Shown in pieces: positions 28,644 through 42,689 of a stretch of DNA of 64,000 nucleotides. The translations under genes were made by a program, and so were the position numbers. The notes under the pieces were generated by a model. The model had not been told where the DNA came from. It was given only the letters and a program-made list of their open reading frames with translations, and did no database searches. Positions within the stretch are counted from its first letter, which is position 1, and every line of letters starts with the position of its first letter. The stretch is from the human T2T-CHM13v2.0 reference genome, Homo sapiens. The stretch lies in NCBI RefSeq assembly GCF_009914755.1, contig NC_060944.1. One strand, given 5' to 3'.

Positions 28644-28819
28644 GTTGGGGAGAGAAATGGGATAAAAAGGATCAGAATCTCACGTAGACTTTTCCTAAGT
28701 CATTTTCCCCCCAAAGTCTCATTTGTCCACCTCTATGAAACTTACTTGGCTGAGAACTGCTGCCAAATGATCCATTTTCTAATGTGTTAGTAATCACTAC
28801 ATGAATCCTCTTGAGAAAG

Positions 28820-28900
28820 AGCTGGGCCCGGAGAACTTAATGACTTCCAAGGTCACACAGCAAATCCAGGGCCGAGCCTGGTTCCCCGCTCCTGTTCCAG
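28820..28900 (-). mobile_element. MIR fragment
   Basis: TAATGACTTCCAAGGTCACACAGC. Confidence 0.6.
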
Positions 28901-29619
28901 GCTCCTCCCATGCCACCACATCATCAGGCTTGACATATGTCGCCTTTTCTCCTTTGGATCTCAGCTCACAGGGACATCCACAGCCAGATACGAATTATCA
29001 CCTGAAGGCATTAATTTTTTATTATTAACTTGATACCAAAGGAAACACATGTAAAAAAGTGAATGCTTTGTTCCTAAGTGCATTTCTCTCCATAATTTCA
29101 GTGAGTTCTGTGTGGGTGACAGTTTTTAATAAAATTCCTCTCCAGCTGCTCATATGAGAAAGTCTAGAAACATTGACCTTTAGTCACTGGATGACTGAGC
29201 TGTTTACTCTGGCTGTGGACGAGGTTTGGGTGTAGAGTCCTCTGTCTTCCTGCCTGTGCTGGAGTGGGATAATTTGGAGGCAGTGACTCAGGCTTCTGTG
29301 GGGACTTACTTAGTATAACAACTTTTCTGGGGCTAGGAAGACCACTTATAATATTTTCCAAAGAGGGCAAGAAAACAAAATTTCATGGGAAATTTTAAGA
29401 ATGAAAGTTTTGTGCATGTGAGCCTTGGAAAACTATGCACAAATAGTACCCATTAATTTCTGTCTTCTTTGTGTAATTGAGAATTCATGTAACAACTTAC
29501 TAGCTGCACATTTGGTGACCCCTTATGTTAATAGCTGCTTTTCTGTTCTTTTGGAATGGAGATCACATTCCACCTGCTCTTGGACTGGGTCATTCCATGA
29601 TGTCTCAATAGATGATTTG

Positions 29620-29940
29620 TTTCCCACTTCCCTGCACCACAGCACTGGCCTCCTCTTCACCTACCTACCCTTTATTTTGCCTTCTCCAATCCACTCTTAC
29701 CCTGGAAGCTAGGATTGTCTTTCTGAAATAAGGATATGAGCAGCTCCCCATTGGTTTTAGAATCTAGCCCAAACTCATCATGACTCATGGGGCCTGTGGG
29801 ATCCGGCCACCATCATCACCTCTGGCCTCATCTAGCCCTGCTGTCTCCTTACCCTGTGTGAGCTTCTGTCTTTCTGGACAACTCTCTGTTTCTTGGACTT
29901 GCCACCTTCTGTTAGAACGTTGCCTGTAGCTCTCTTTCCT
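29620..29940 (+). mobile_element. L2 LINE fragment
   Basis: CCTTCTCCAATCCACTCTT...TCTTTCTGAAAT...CTCCCCATTG...CCCAAACTC pattern of the L2 3' region. Confidence 0.55.
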
Positions 29941-30004
29941 CTCTGAGCCTAGCCACAGCAGATTGCTTCGCTGGTCCAGTTCTTCATCCCTCCCTTTATT
30001 CATA

Positions 30005-30442
30005 TGTGGGCAATGGCATCAGCATGAGCAGAGTACATTTCTCTGACTCTTGGCTTTGATCATGAACAGGTGAGTTGCTTTCGTCAATTGTATATGGGTG
30101 GAAGTGATAGTGTCCAAGCCAAAGCCTTCAGAGGTTTTGAAGGTTTCCACCTGCACTGCTGAGCCTCTGCCATCACTCCAAGCAGAATTTGTCCTGGGAA
30201 GCTGCTGCCCCCTCACTCTGTGACCCAGAATGAACCCATGTGCAGAAGAGAAGCCCCGACCTTAGTAGGGTGACAGCATCAGTTGGACCCATAGCTTAAA
30301 GCAGAGCTGCCAAGCAGAACCCAGCCTACGTCAGCCAACTAGCTGATCCCCAGCCAACCTGAGGACACATAAGCAATAATAAGTGTTATCTTAGGCCACT
30401 GAGTTTTGAGGTAGTTCATTACGTAGTCAAAGTCAATGAATA
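30005..30442 (+). mobile_element. MaLR LTR, MLT1H-like
   Basis: GGGTGGAAGTGATAGTGT...CCCAGAATGAA...CCCAGCCTA...CCCCAGCCAACC...GCCACTGAGTTTTGAGGTAGTT. Confidence 0.7.
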
Positions 30443-31885
30443 TGTTGGCCAATGCTGACTTTGCAGGTTGCAGTTTGACCACCTCATTTTTGCTAGGAAA
30501 CCTTCTTGGATCTACCTCCATGCCTCTCTTAAGTCTGTGATGATTGCCACTTGTATGTGCCCCCATAGAGAACTTATCCAACTCTATTGTGTCTTTCCTC
30601 CAGACAAAGGCACAGATCTCACCTGTCTTATGCGACTGCATCTCTGAACAGTTTCTTCATTCACTCTGCAAATCTCTCCTGAGCATTTGCCAAATTCCAG
30701 GCATTGTCTTAGGAAGTGATGTACAAAGCTCCTGCTTGAAGGAAGCTCACATTCTTCTGGGAGGAACAGGGAAAACCACACACCGACACACACACGCACA
30801 CCCCACAGTAGTGAAAAAGGAAAACAAAGTAAAGAGGAAAAGAGCTCTGGAGAAATGTTGCTTTGTTGTTTTGGATGGGGCAGGAAGGAAGACTGACTAT
30901 GTGAACACTGATACAGACATGTTGCTAGTTTGATGGCTGCGGATACAAGCAATTTCTTTCCCCATTGCCTCTACTTTCTCGCTGAAATAAGAAAGCACAA
31001 TCAACAGTGCCCCGCCTGATGAGCAATGCATCGAATGAATGAGTAAATGGGTTTCAAGCTCAGTGCAAAGCGTATCCATGCAGGTTGAAAAAACATGAAT
31101 GTGGACATAATGACAGAGAGGTGAGTGCACTGATTCTTGAGGGGGCATTAAAAATAGCCATGCACTTGTAGCTAATGAAGAAATGCATTAAAAAACTCCT
31201 TAGGTGGTGAAAGAAGAGATAGGAGTGAATAAAGCTAAAATAGTTGTGGGATTTGCTTTATAAATATTTTGGAACCAGCTTATTTGAATATAAAATGTCT
31301 TGGTTGCAAGAAAGAGAAACATTGTTGGATTAAGTCAGGAATATCAGGAGGGAGATGGTTAAAAGGCTACCCAGAAAACTCGCGGAAACAGCCAGACCTG
31401 GAGAAAGCAGGGACAGAGGAGCCATCAGAAACCAAGGCTGATACTGTCTCCTCATTGTACTATTGCAATCAGTTTCCTTTGCTCACTTGTAAAGCCCAAC
31501 AGAAGAACTAAACCCAAAGTCCACAGGGCTCTTGACCTCATGCACCCACCACTGACTAGCCTGTTGTCAAGGTCTCTTACTTCTTGAGGGACAGAGAAGT
31601 GCTCTTTGGCTCAACTCAGTCTTCGACGCTCTATTAACCATATAGGTCACTGCCATGAGCTATTGCAAATGACTAGGGTGGTGTCCTGTCATCTATAGAG
31701 TGCTCCTTCCTGAAGCTACAGGTAGGATGAGTAGAGCTCAGATCCATATGTTGTGGAAGCCACAGGCTCCAGACATCCTTAGTTGGGTAGGATCTCACAG
31801 ATCTCATGAAGTTGTAGAGAATATTAATTTTATAAGTTAAAACTAGATTGTGTCCATTTTATCTCTTCAATAGAAATACAACTTA

Positions 31886-32544
<659 letters not shown>

Positions 32545-33594
32545 CTTATACACTTTTTAAAACAAGTGGCCCATATTTCTTCCACATGCCATTTATATGC
32601 ATAAGCTGATTGAATGAAAAAATAAAATCTTTTTATCCATTGCTGACCTGAAATAAGTACACACCAGGTGTCATGATCTGTCCAGGTACAGAGTGAAGGC
32701 CAACTCTACCATCATTAGTCAAAAAAAAAATTTTCCAAGCTCTCAAGTGAAAATATAATGAAAATACAATGAAATTCTAATTCCAAAGACTTGTATTCAA
32801 ATTTTGGCAATTACAAATATTGGTATAATGGCAAGACTTGTATCTTCTCCAAGCCTCAGTTTCTATATTAATAAAAAAGCAAACAATGTCAGGTAGAATA
32901 GCTCTAAGAATTAAATGAATGAATACACAACAAATGCTAATGTTTTGGTAAACTCTAAAGTACAATATAAATGTTATTCTATTGCAAATAAGAACATACC
33001 TCCACTAACCAGTGTGTTTTTGTTCAAAAGTCAACAGGAATTGTACTGTATTTGGCTGGATAAAGCTTATCATGAGATGGATGTATTCCAGACATAGGAA
33101 TATGCCTTTACTTTCTCTTAACATTTTATTTTTGTGAATACATCAGAATCCACATAGAAATAATCAGCACTGTATTATCGTAGAATGTTGAACAACCAAG
33201 TGAAGATTCTACAATATTTGAAGAAATGTTTTCAGCAGCTTGAAAATGATGATGCTTATTAGGATTGCACAGATTTTTGACTCTAAGTTTTCTGTGCTCA
33301 ATAGCAAATTTTTTTTCTATATATGTTGGAGAATGTGGAGTGCCTGGGAAAAGAAAAAAATTATCCACATCTACATTTGGACATTCGGTTTTGAAGATGG
33401 AAAAGTTGTGAGCCAAGGAATATGGGCAGCTATATTCACACGTCTGATCAATGAAAAAAGGAGGCCTTACACAAGCCAAATCTTATGATGGAATGGCAAG
33501 AGCTTTGAAAGGAAATTCCCCAGTAGGGAGGAGCTTGACAAGTTCAGCCAGACTCAGCCATAGGATGTGGTGTCAAAGCACCATATCTGTTCCA

Positions 33595-34105
33595 AAATAG
33601 GCAAAATAAGGGCCCCTCAGAAATGTCCATGTCTTAATTTCTGGAACTTGTGAATATGTCATATTACATGGTAAGGGGAAATTGAGTTGCAGATGGAGTT
33701 AAGGTTGCTAATCAGTTGACTTTAAGATAAGAATATTATTTGGGATTATCTTCACAGGCCCAAGGCAATCATAATAGTCTTTGCAAGTAGAAGAAGAATC
33801 AGCGTCAAAGTAAGGCAGGGTGAGAAAAACTTGACCTGCTATTAATAATTTTGTAGAAGGAAGGGGGTCATGAGCCAACGAATGTGGGCAGCATCTGGGA
33901 GCTGGAAAAGGCGAAAAAAAAAAAAAAGAAAAGAAAAGATTCTCTCCCAGAGACTCCAGAGAGAACACGGCCCTGCTGACACTTTTTGTTGAATGAGACC
34001 CATTTTGGGCTTCTAGCCTCCAGAGCTATAGGACTATGAATTAGTATGGTTTTAAGTTACTAGGTTTGTACTAATTTGTCACAGCAGCAATAGGAAACTA
34101 AAGCA
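33595..34105 (+). mobile_element. MaLR LTR MLT1D
   Basis: GAACTTGTGAATATGTCATATTACATGGTAAGGGG...CATGAGCCAACGAATGTGGGCAGC...TAATTTGTCACAGCAGCAATAGGAAACTAAAGCA. Confidence 0.88.
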
Positions 34106-34109
34106 AACA

Positions 34110-34340
34110 CCAGACCTAAGCTTCCTCCTGCCTCAGGTGGGATAATTCAGGCATGATGTGCATGGTTTCAGTGGGTTGGAGCCTCTGCTGCCCACTGCAG
34201 TACACTCTTCACTGCGTACCCTGTACCCTCTTTCCCTTTCTCACTTCATCTTTTTCCTGGGGTAAATACTTAATTCCAGATAAATGACTTGCCTCACATT
34301 TCTACCTTGGGATATGCTTCTAGTGGAACCCAGACTCATG
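34110..34340 (+). mobile_element. ERVL LTR16-like 3' part
   Basis: CCTCAGGTGGGATAATTC...ATAAATGACTTGC...TGCTTCTAGTGGAACCCAGACT. Confidence 0.55.
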
Positions 34341-34419
34341 GAAGGGGAAGATCATGAGTGATAAATTCCGGGTTGTGGTCTGCTTAAAAGGATGCAAGAG
34401 TTTGTGTTGCTTCCTCAAG

Positions 34420-34950
34420 GCCTTTGGTGTAGTTGAGAGTTGTTTCTGCCTGCCTTCATTCCGCTTTCTTCTGATAAAGCATCTCGCCTTTGTTCAAGGC
34501 ACCCCCTTGTCAAACAACCGTGTGAGCCCCTGTCTCCAGGTGAAGACACCTACCCAGCCGGCCTGGGGCATATGTATTCTTTTGGCTTCCATGAATGTTT
34601 TTGGTCTGGGTAAGTGCAATCTGCTTCAATAACTTTCTCTTTCGCTTAGGCTGCCTGTTTGTGTGGATCTGGGCCAGAGCTTTCCTGCAGCCATTTGTAG
34701 TCATCTTGCAGATTCTCAAGGGGAGAGGCTACTTGAGAATAAAGCTGGCAGGGAGGAAAGCAGAGCAAGAGAGCAAGATTGAGAAGGAGAAGACAGGCTA
34801 TAGGGCATCTTAGGGGCCAGGGAGTCAGCACATCTGATGCGAGCTCTACCTTGGGACTTTCCATAAGACTCTAAATTTGTTTTCATTTGCATTGAAACTA
34901 GTTTGAGTTTGGTTTCCATCTCTTACACCCCCAAATATCCTAACTAATAC
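34420..34950 (+). mobile_element. MaLR LTR, MLT1K/L-like
   Basis: GAGAATAAAGC...GGAAAGCAGAGCAAGAGA...CTAGTTTGAGTTTGGTTTCC...TCCTAACTAATACA terminus. Confidence 0.65.
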
Positions 34951-35990
34951 AGACTTGATCATATTGCTGGTCTTCACTGGTCACCTGTATCTATTGGCAA
35001 AATGTGTTTCAGAAAGTGGCAGGATGGGGCTTACTTATTGAACTAAACAGCCTGTGCACTAAAGAATGGCCCTAGGTGGGTCCAACCTAGCAAGTGGTGT
35101 GAGGAGCTTGCTTCCTGTAATGAGGAAGTGAGGGGTGGAAAGCTTGGGAGATGGCTCACTAGGTAAGGTGACATTTGGGGCTTGGCATCTAGGACCAGTG
35201 GTTTAGGCTAAGTTTGAGACCAGCCTGTCTAGTCTCCTCTGAGGATGGCTGTCTTGGTGGAGCAATGTTAAAGGAGTAGAAGGCAGGAGTGAGCTCTGGT
35301 CTGCCACAGGAGACCACACTTTGCAGAGTGATTAAGAGAAAGTGGCACATTACCAAACCTCCAAGTTCCACTTCTGCATCCCCAGGAGTCTCACTGGGAA
35401 TCCAGGCCAGCCCCAAGGCCAGGCTCAAAGCCTTCATTGTTTCCAACAATGACTTAAATCCATTTCATTGCCAATTTCCAGAACTTGATCTGAATTTTAT
35501 TTATCATCCATCCATTAAACTCCTACTGTGTGTCAGCAAGGAGTTATTAAAGATACTCTCAATTTGCCTGCAGTCTAGGGGTAACATATGGCAATAGGGA
35601 TAGCTTGAATCACACGATATTAAGGATGGAACAGGGGAACAGTAATTCAAGTGACCACTGACTTAGCATCAGAAATAATGGAGGACATAAGAACCTGTGA
35701 AACATCTCTAAAAAAGAAAAGAAAAATTATCGAAGTAGATTTTTTTTAAATCCAGCAAATACATGCTTCAGGAATTAAGGTGAAATAAAGACATTTTTAG
35801 ATTACAGAAAACCAAAAGAATCAACCACCAGCAGACCTATACTAAAAGGCCATCTTCAGGCTGAAGGGAAATGATACCAGACAGAGGCTTACATTTTCAG
35901 GATGACAGGAAGAGCTCTAGAAATAATACATTTGTGGGTATATATAAAAGTTGTTTTCTCTTAATTTATTCAAAATATATATTACTAATT

Positions 35991-36111
35991 AAGGTATTGG
36001 TTGTAAAAGTACAATCTGTGGGTCAAATCCAGCCCGTTGCTTATTTTAGTAAATACAGTTTTATTGGAACCACAGCCACATTCATTCCTTTAAGTATTGT
36101 CCATGGCAATA

Positions 36112-36156
<45 letters not shown>

Positions 36157-36255
36157 ATTACAAGAGCATATTTGACTAGTGACAAACTGTATGACCCCAA
36201 GAGCCTATAATATTTATGATCTGGCCCTTTACACAAAAGGCTTGTCAACTTTTGG
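35991..36255 (+). mobile_element. MER58A carrying an internal (TC)n
   Basis: GTGGGTCAAATCCAGCCC...GTTTTATTGGAACCACAGCCAC...AATATTTATGATCTGGCCCTTTACA. Confidence 0.85.
36115..36150. repeat. (TC)18 microsatellite
   Basis: Directly visible. Confidence 0.95.
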
Positions 36256-38319
36256 TTTAAAGCAGAAATTATAACGTTGAGGGTTTAACATATGCAGATA
36301 TAATACATATGACAATACGAAACTCTATGTTGCAAGGTTCTTACATTCTAAGCATAGTACAATGCTAACTCTAATAGACAGCGAGAAGTTAAAGATGCAT
36401 ATTTTAATCTCTAGAGCAGCCACAAAATAATAATGCAAAAAAGTATGGCGATAAAGGAAATAAATAAATTAAAATGGGATCTCAGTATTAAAGAAAGGAA
36501 CTCCAAAGCCATTTTCTTCAAACATTGGCCACATGTCAATCGTCCCTCTTATGTCTTCATAAATGGGATCCAGCTTCTGCCTGAACCACCTGTGAATGCC
36601 CTGACACTCCTGAGATAATTAGATATAAAAGAAAGAGTATGCTTCGTAATAAATATAAAATGTTTTAATAGAAAATTGATACATTTAGAGAACTGATCTC
36701 TTGGTGTTCAAGAGAGGTTGTTTCTCCTTCCTTGACATTTGGCAAATCTGATAAAGACATCGAGTACCTGCTTGTGTGATTTACTGTCTTCATGTTTGTT
36801 TTGAGTTCAGTCCCCAGATGACCCATAAAAAGTTGTGGCTCTCCTGGGAGAATGAAATAATAACGTACAGACTTCTTGAAGGTTTTTACTTATTTTTCAA
36901 ACACGCTTTAGTTATTTGTTATCACCTAATGCATAAAATATTTTTTAAAATCCGTGTTCTAATTTTTATAAAGTTGGAAGACTTTTCTTCTTCTTTTCTG
37001 TAAGAATATTCTAGGGCAAATGCTGTTTGCACTTTTTTAGTCAATTGATATTTTTAAATATCTTGTAAATTCAGAAGCAAATGATTGAAATAATCTTAGA
37101 TTCCTCTTTAATAGCTATTCTTACTAGATTTTCATAAAATAAGTCAGTAGAGCATGTGCAAGACTGCTCAATGATAGAAACTTATAAAAAGTTTTAAATT
37201 TCTTACTTAAAGAGCTATTATAGGAACCATAGAGTTTTAAAAGTTTTTCCTTTGCTCAGGTGAGATGACATTCAAGTGAAAACCCTAGTAGACTTATTTC
37301 ACTGGACATATTTCTTCTTTATTCTTAAGGTTCAATTTCTCCTCCATTGAAAACATTTTTAAAATAAAAGCTAGTATAACAAAGTGTCCAATTACTGTTT
37401 GGAGGTCAGCTGGCTGTAAAAATTCCTCCTGAAGCCACATCACATCTATGGGCAGGTTAGAGAAGTACTTTTACCTTTCACTGATGTCTGACTGGGGATG
37501 CCCTGGCCCTCCTAGTGACCACTCAGCACAATGACATTGTAAGATACACAGCTCATGCCTGACTGCTCCATCAGAGCTTAGTTAATCGTTCTCAGAATTC
37601 ATTCTGTGATTTTATTCACAGAACTTTTTGCCTTATAAATAAAATTTCCAACTTCCTGCCTCACTAGAAATTATATGCTTTCTGAAAACACTGTATTGCT
37701 TTGTATAATTTTCCATTCTGTTTCTTGATAATGGGAAACACTCCACAAGACTGAGATGACTAATTTAGTTAAATTGGTATAGAATTTGAGATTGAGTATT
37801 AGGTAGAAGTACTTTAGCAGATGACTGATACCGGTGTTGGAATAAGTAGGTTGGGCTTTTCATTATAATTTAGTCATTTGATAGCTGAGAGTCTGAGCTT
37901 TAGACAAAGCTGAAATAAACACCTTAAGAGGAATATCTCTTTACTTTTGAACCATGGTCTGCAACATCGCTGAACTCCCCTCAGTGCCATACATGGTGCA
38001 GACAGGCTCAGCAGAAGAAACTCAGTGCCTGCAATCCTAGGAAAACACAGTCTCTCTGGAAAATGCTGTGCATGGGATATTTGCTTTGCTATCACATGGA
38101 ATTCAGTCATGAGATTTGAAGACGTTCAACTGTGCTTCTCTAAAATCAAACCAGACATGCTGCATGGTTGATTTTAACCGGTGTGCAAGCAGCTGTAGTT
38201 TCCCTTTCTTTAAAATAACTTTGAAAGGTTTCTCAAAACTTCCAATAATATTTTATGTTAATGTGAACTAAAGTGCTTCAGACTTTGCCATATATTTCTA
38301 AGCCTTAATAATATAATAT

Positions 38320-38522
38320 GACTATTAGCAAATAAACTAGGTACTTTTTAGGCATTATCTCACATTTAATTTTTACAAGCCTATAACAGAGATACTAATA
38401 TTATCCTTGTTTTAAACTGAGGCATAGACTAATTAAGGAATTTTTCCAATGTCACAGTTTGCAACAATGGTGGGATTTAAACCAGAAGTCTGATTCCAAA
38501 GTCTACTGTCTTACCCATTATG
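38320..38522 (-). mobile_element. MIR SINE
   Basis: AAACTGAGGCATAGA...TCCAATGTCACAG...GGGATTTAAACCAG...TCTGATTCCAAAG. Confidence 0.7.
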
Positions 38523-38625
38523 TAGTTAGCTTCAGTTATGAAGCTCTCCATAAATTTATGGTCAAACAATATTCACTTGCAGTAGATGGAAAATTATTAT
38601 GCAACCACTAGAGAAGATCAGATGA

Positions 38626-39015
<390 letters not shown>

Positions 39016-39127
39016 TAAATAATAATTTAAACTGAAATGATATTTACCTGTAGAGACCCCAGGATCCACAGTTATATCTGTTTCCCAACATCAGAGACTT
39101 TCTTTTATGGGGCTTGCAGGAATTCTA

Positions 39128-39400
39128 CCAATATTTACTGAGTACTTCTGATGAATCAGACATTGGTCTAAGAACTGTAAGAGACTGAAAGATCAATAAG
39201 AAAAATCCCTATCCTTTAGACAATTGGGATCTAGCAGGGAGGCAAGAGAAGCTTACTCAAGTAACCACTGAGTTTTAAGCAAAATACAAGTGGAATAGAA
39301 GAGAATGAGATCAGAGTTTCCGTGACAATCTGGGAAGACTACAGAGAGAAGGTGAGATTTGAACAAGGCTTTAAACAATGAAACCACTAGGACTTTGAAA
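39128..39400 (-). mobile_element. L2 3' fragment
   Basis: CAATATTTACTGAGTACTTCTG...CAGACATTGGTCTAAG antisense L2 end. Confidence 0.6.
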
Positions 39401-39439
39401 GGCAGATAATGGCCATGCAGAGTTGGTAAAATAAGGAAA

Positions 39440-40350
39440 ATATTGGACTGGGAGTAAAAATAGAGATTTTTTAAACTCCAGGCTTATTTCAAGGTCTTCC
39501 AATTACCGTCTAACTACCTTGGTCAAATCATTCATTTTTTTGTGCCTTAGTTTCTGCAGTTGTAAAAAAGAGACTGCATTCTGGGGCTCTAGTAAGAATT
39601 AAATAATACACAGTATTGAGAACAGTTAATAAAGAGGCTATGAAATACTGACTATTTTAATTTATTATTTAGTAGTAGAAGAAATAGTGTTTAAGGAAAG
39701 AACCAGCAAAAGCAAAGACACACAACAGGCACCTCTCTAATTAATAAATGAAAATGTTTATTTATTTGATACCTATTATTTGCTGCTGGGTGCTTTGCAC
39801 ATATTGCCCCATTTAATGCTGACAGTGATGAAGCAGCATTTGAATGATTTATTTAATCTCTCGTTTTTCTCATCTATAAACAGCAGTTAATATCTCAAAT
39901 TTTTGTATGGCTATAATAATGATTATATGAGATAATATGTGGAAAGGATATGGTACATGGCAGACATTTGAGAAATGCTTGCTTTTATCATTTATTGTTC
40001 CTCCATCTACCTATTTCCTGATGAACATTTCACCTAGTCCCTGGCTCATACCCTTGATCTTGACATTACTAATAATTACATAATTGACTGCCCTTCTGGT
40101 TTCCTGACTTGAGTCCTGTGTAGGGAAGACCTTACTTTGGTCTAAATACCCACTCCATCACATCCTCATGTGACCTTGGTCATATTATTAACCTCTTTGT
40201 CTCAGCTTCCTCATCTGTGAATGAGCATCAGAATAGATGCCTGTCATTGTGGCTGTCATGAGAAGTAAGCAGCATAATAAGTGGAATGTACTTAGTTCAG
40301 TGCTTGGTACAAATTGATTACTCTGTAAATGGTTAAATGGTTATCCATGT
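39440..40350 (+). mobile_element. Cluster of MIR fragments (~39440-39660, ~39850-39990, ~40130-40350)
   Basis: Repeated MIR cores, e.g. TGTGACCTTGG...TAACCTCTTTGTCTCAGCTTCCTCATCTGTGAATG. Confidence 0.65.
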
Positions 40351-40354
40351 TAGT

Positions 40355-41425
<1,071 letters not shown>

Positions 41426-41444
41426 TGTAAACCAAGGACAACGG

Positions 41445-41545
41445 TAGGATCCCTCTCACAGGACTTTATGAGTGTTAACCAAGATAATGCATGTAAACAC
41501 CTTCGTACAGTGCCTGGAACACAGTCAGGTCTCAGTGGATGCCAA
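41445..41545 (+). mobile_element. MIR 3' fragment
   Basis: AGATAATGCATGTAAACACCTTCGTACAGTGCCTGGAACACAGT. Confidence 0.7.
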
Positions 41546-41657
41546 ATCATTAGGTTCAGGTAATAAAATTGTATATGGAGCTCCATTCTTGCCCTCAAGT
41601 GCCTCAAAGGCCAGAGTGAAGAAGGAGATGGCTCACAAATGAATATGTCATTTACTA

Positions 41658-41705
41658 CCATTACTTTCAATGGCAAAAATCGCAGTTACCTTGGCACCAA
41701 CCTAA
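41658..41705. mobile_element. Partial MADE1 (Hsmar1-derived MITE): one TIR plus spacer
   Basis: CCATTACTTTCAATGGCAAAAATCGCAGTTACCTTGGCACCAACCTAA followed by TA. Confidence 0.85.
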
Positions 41706-42141
41706 TAGTAAGTGGTCTGATGGAAATATATACCAGGGGCCCCTGGTGCAGAGAGGAGAAGGTAATTCAAGCTTCCAAGAGTGGATAGAAAGCTGAATGG
41801 AGGACAGGGCTCTCCAGGTGAAGGTATTTTCAGACAGAGGGGCTTGCCTATGAAAAGGCACTTAGGAGATGGTGAGCATTTTGAGGTCTTACGGGAACTG
41901 ACGGTGTATGTGGGGAGTGATAGGGATGATGCTGGAGAGGCAGGTTGTGGCCAGACTCTGGAGGCCTAAGTTTTTCAGGAGTTTTAGCCTTGTATCCAGA
42001 ATAGATTATGCACAGCAGCACGAAGAGAAACAATACGAAGCAAATCTACAAGGCAAGGGTTCTCAGGCTTTTTCTTTAATAAATATATAATGAAATAGCT
42101 ATTACCTGTATACAAGCTATTAATGTTTTTAGCTACCCTGA

Positions 42142-42473
<332 letters not shown>

Positions 42474-42689
42474 TATTGTGCCCTTTTTACAGGTGAGAAT
42501 GATGAGGCTCAATCTCTTGACTCCAAATCTGGTGCATTTGCTATACTATAGTGCTTTACTGGACAACTTTTGGGGGTGGGGTTGAAAATCAAAGACTAAA
42601 AAAGTGACCCTTGCAAGGGCTGAGGTGGAAGCCATTGGCAATAAACTTGCTGCCCCGTCAGAGAGGCAGCTGTTCATTTTCACATGCCC

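Larger units (their letters stand above)
35740..36480 (+). mobile_element. Old L1M ORF1-end/inter-ORF fragment, interrupted by MER58A
   Basis: AAGGTGAAATAAAGACATTTTTAGA...ACCACCAGCAGACCTATACTAAAA. Confidence 0.7.

Noticed and set aside
30339-31148. Overlapping 83-129-aa ORFs
   Set aside because: They overlie MLT1/L2 relics, have no coherent splice structure and show no recognisable domain.
31149-31160. MEF2-like TTAAAAATAG and scattered AP-1 heptamers elsewhere
   Set aside because: Single short motifs are expected by chance in 64 kb of AT-rich DNA.
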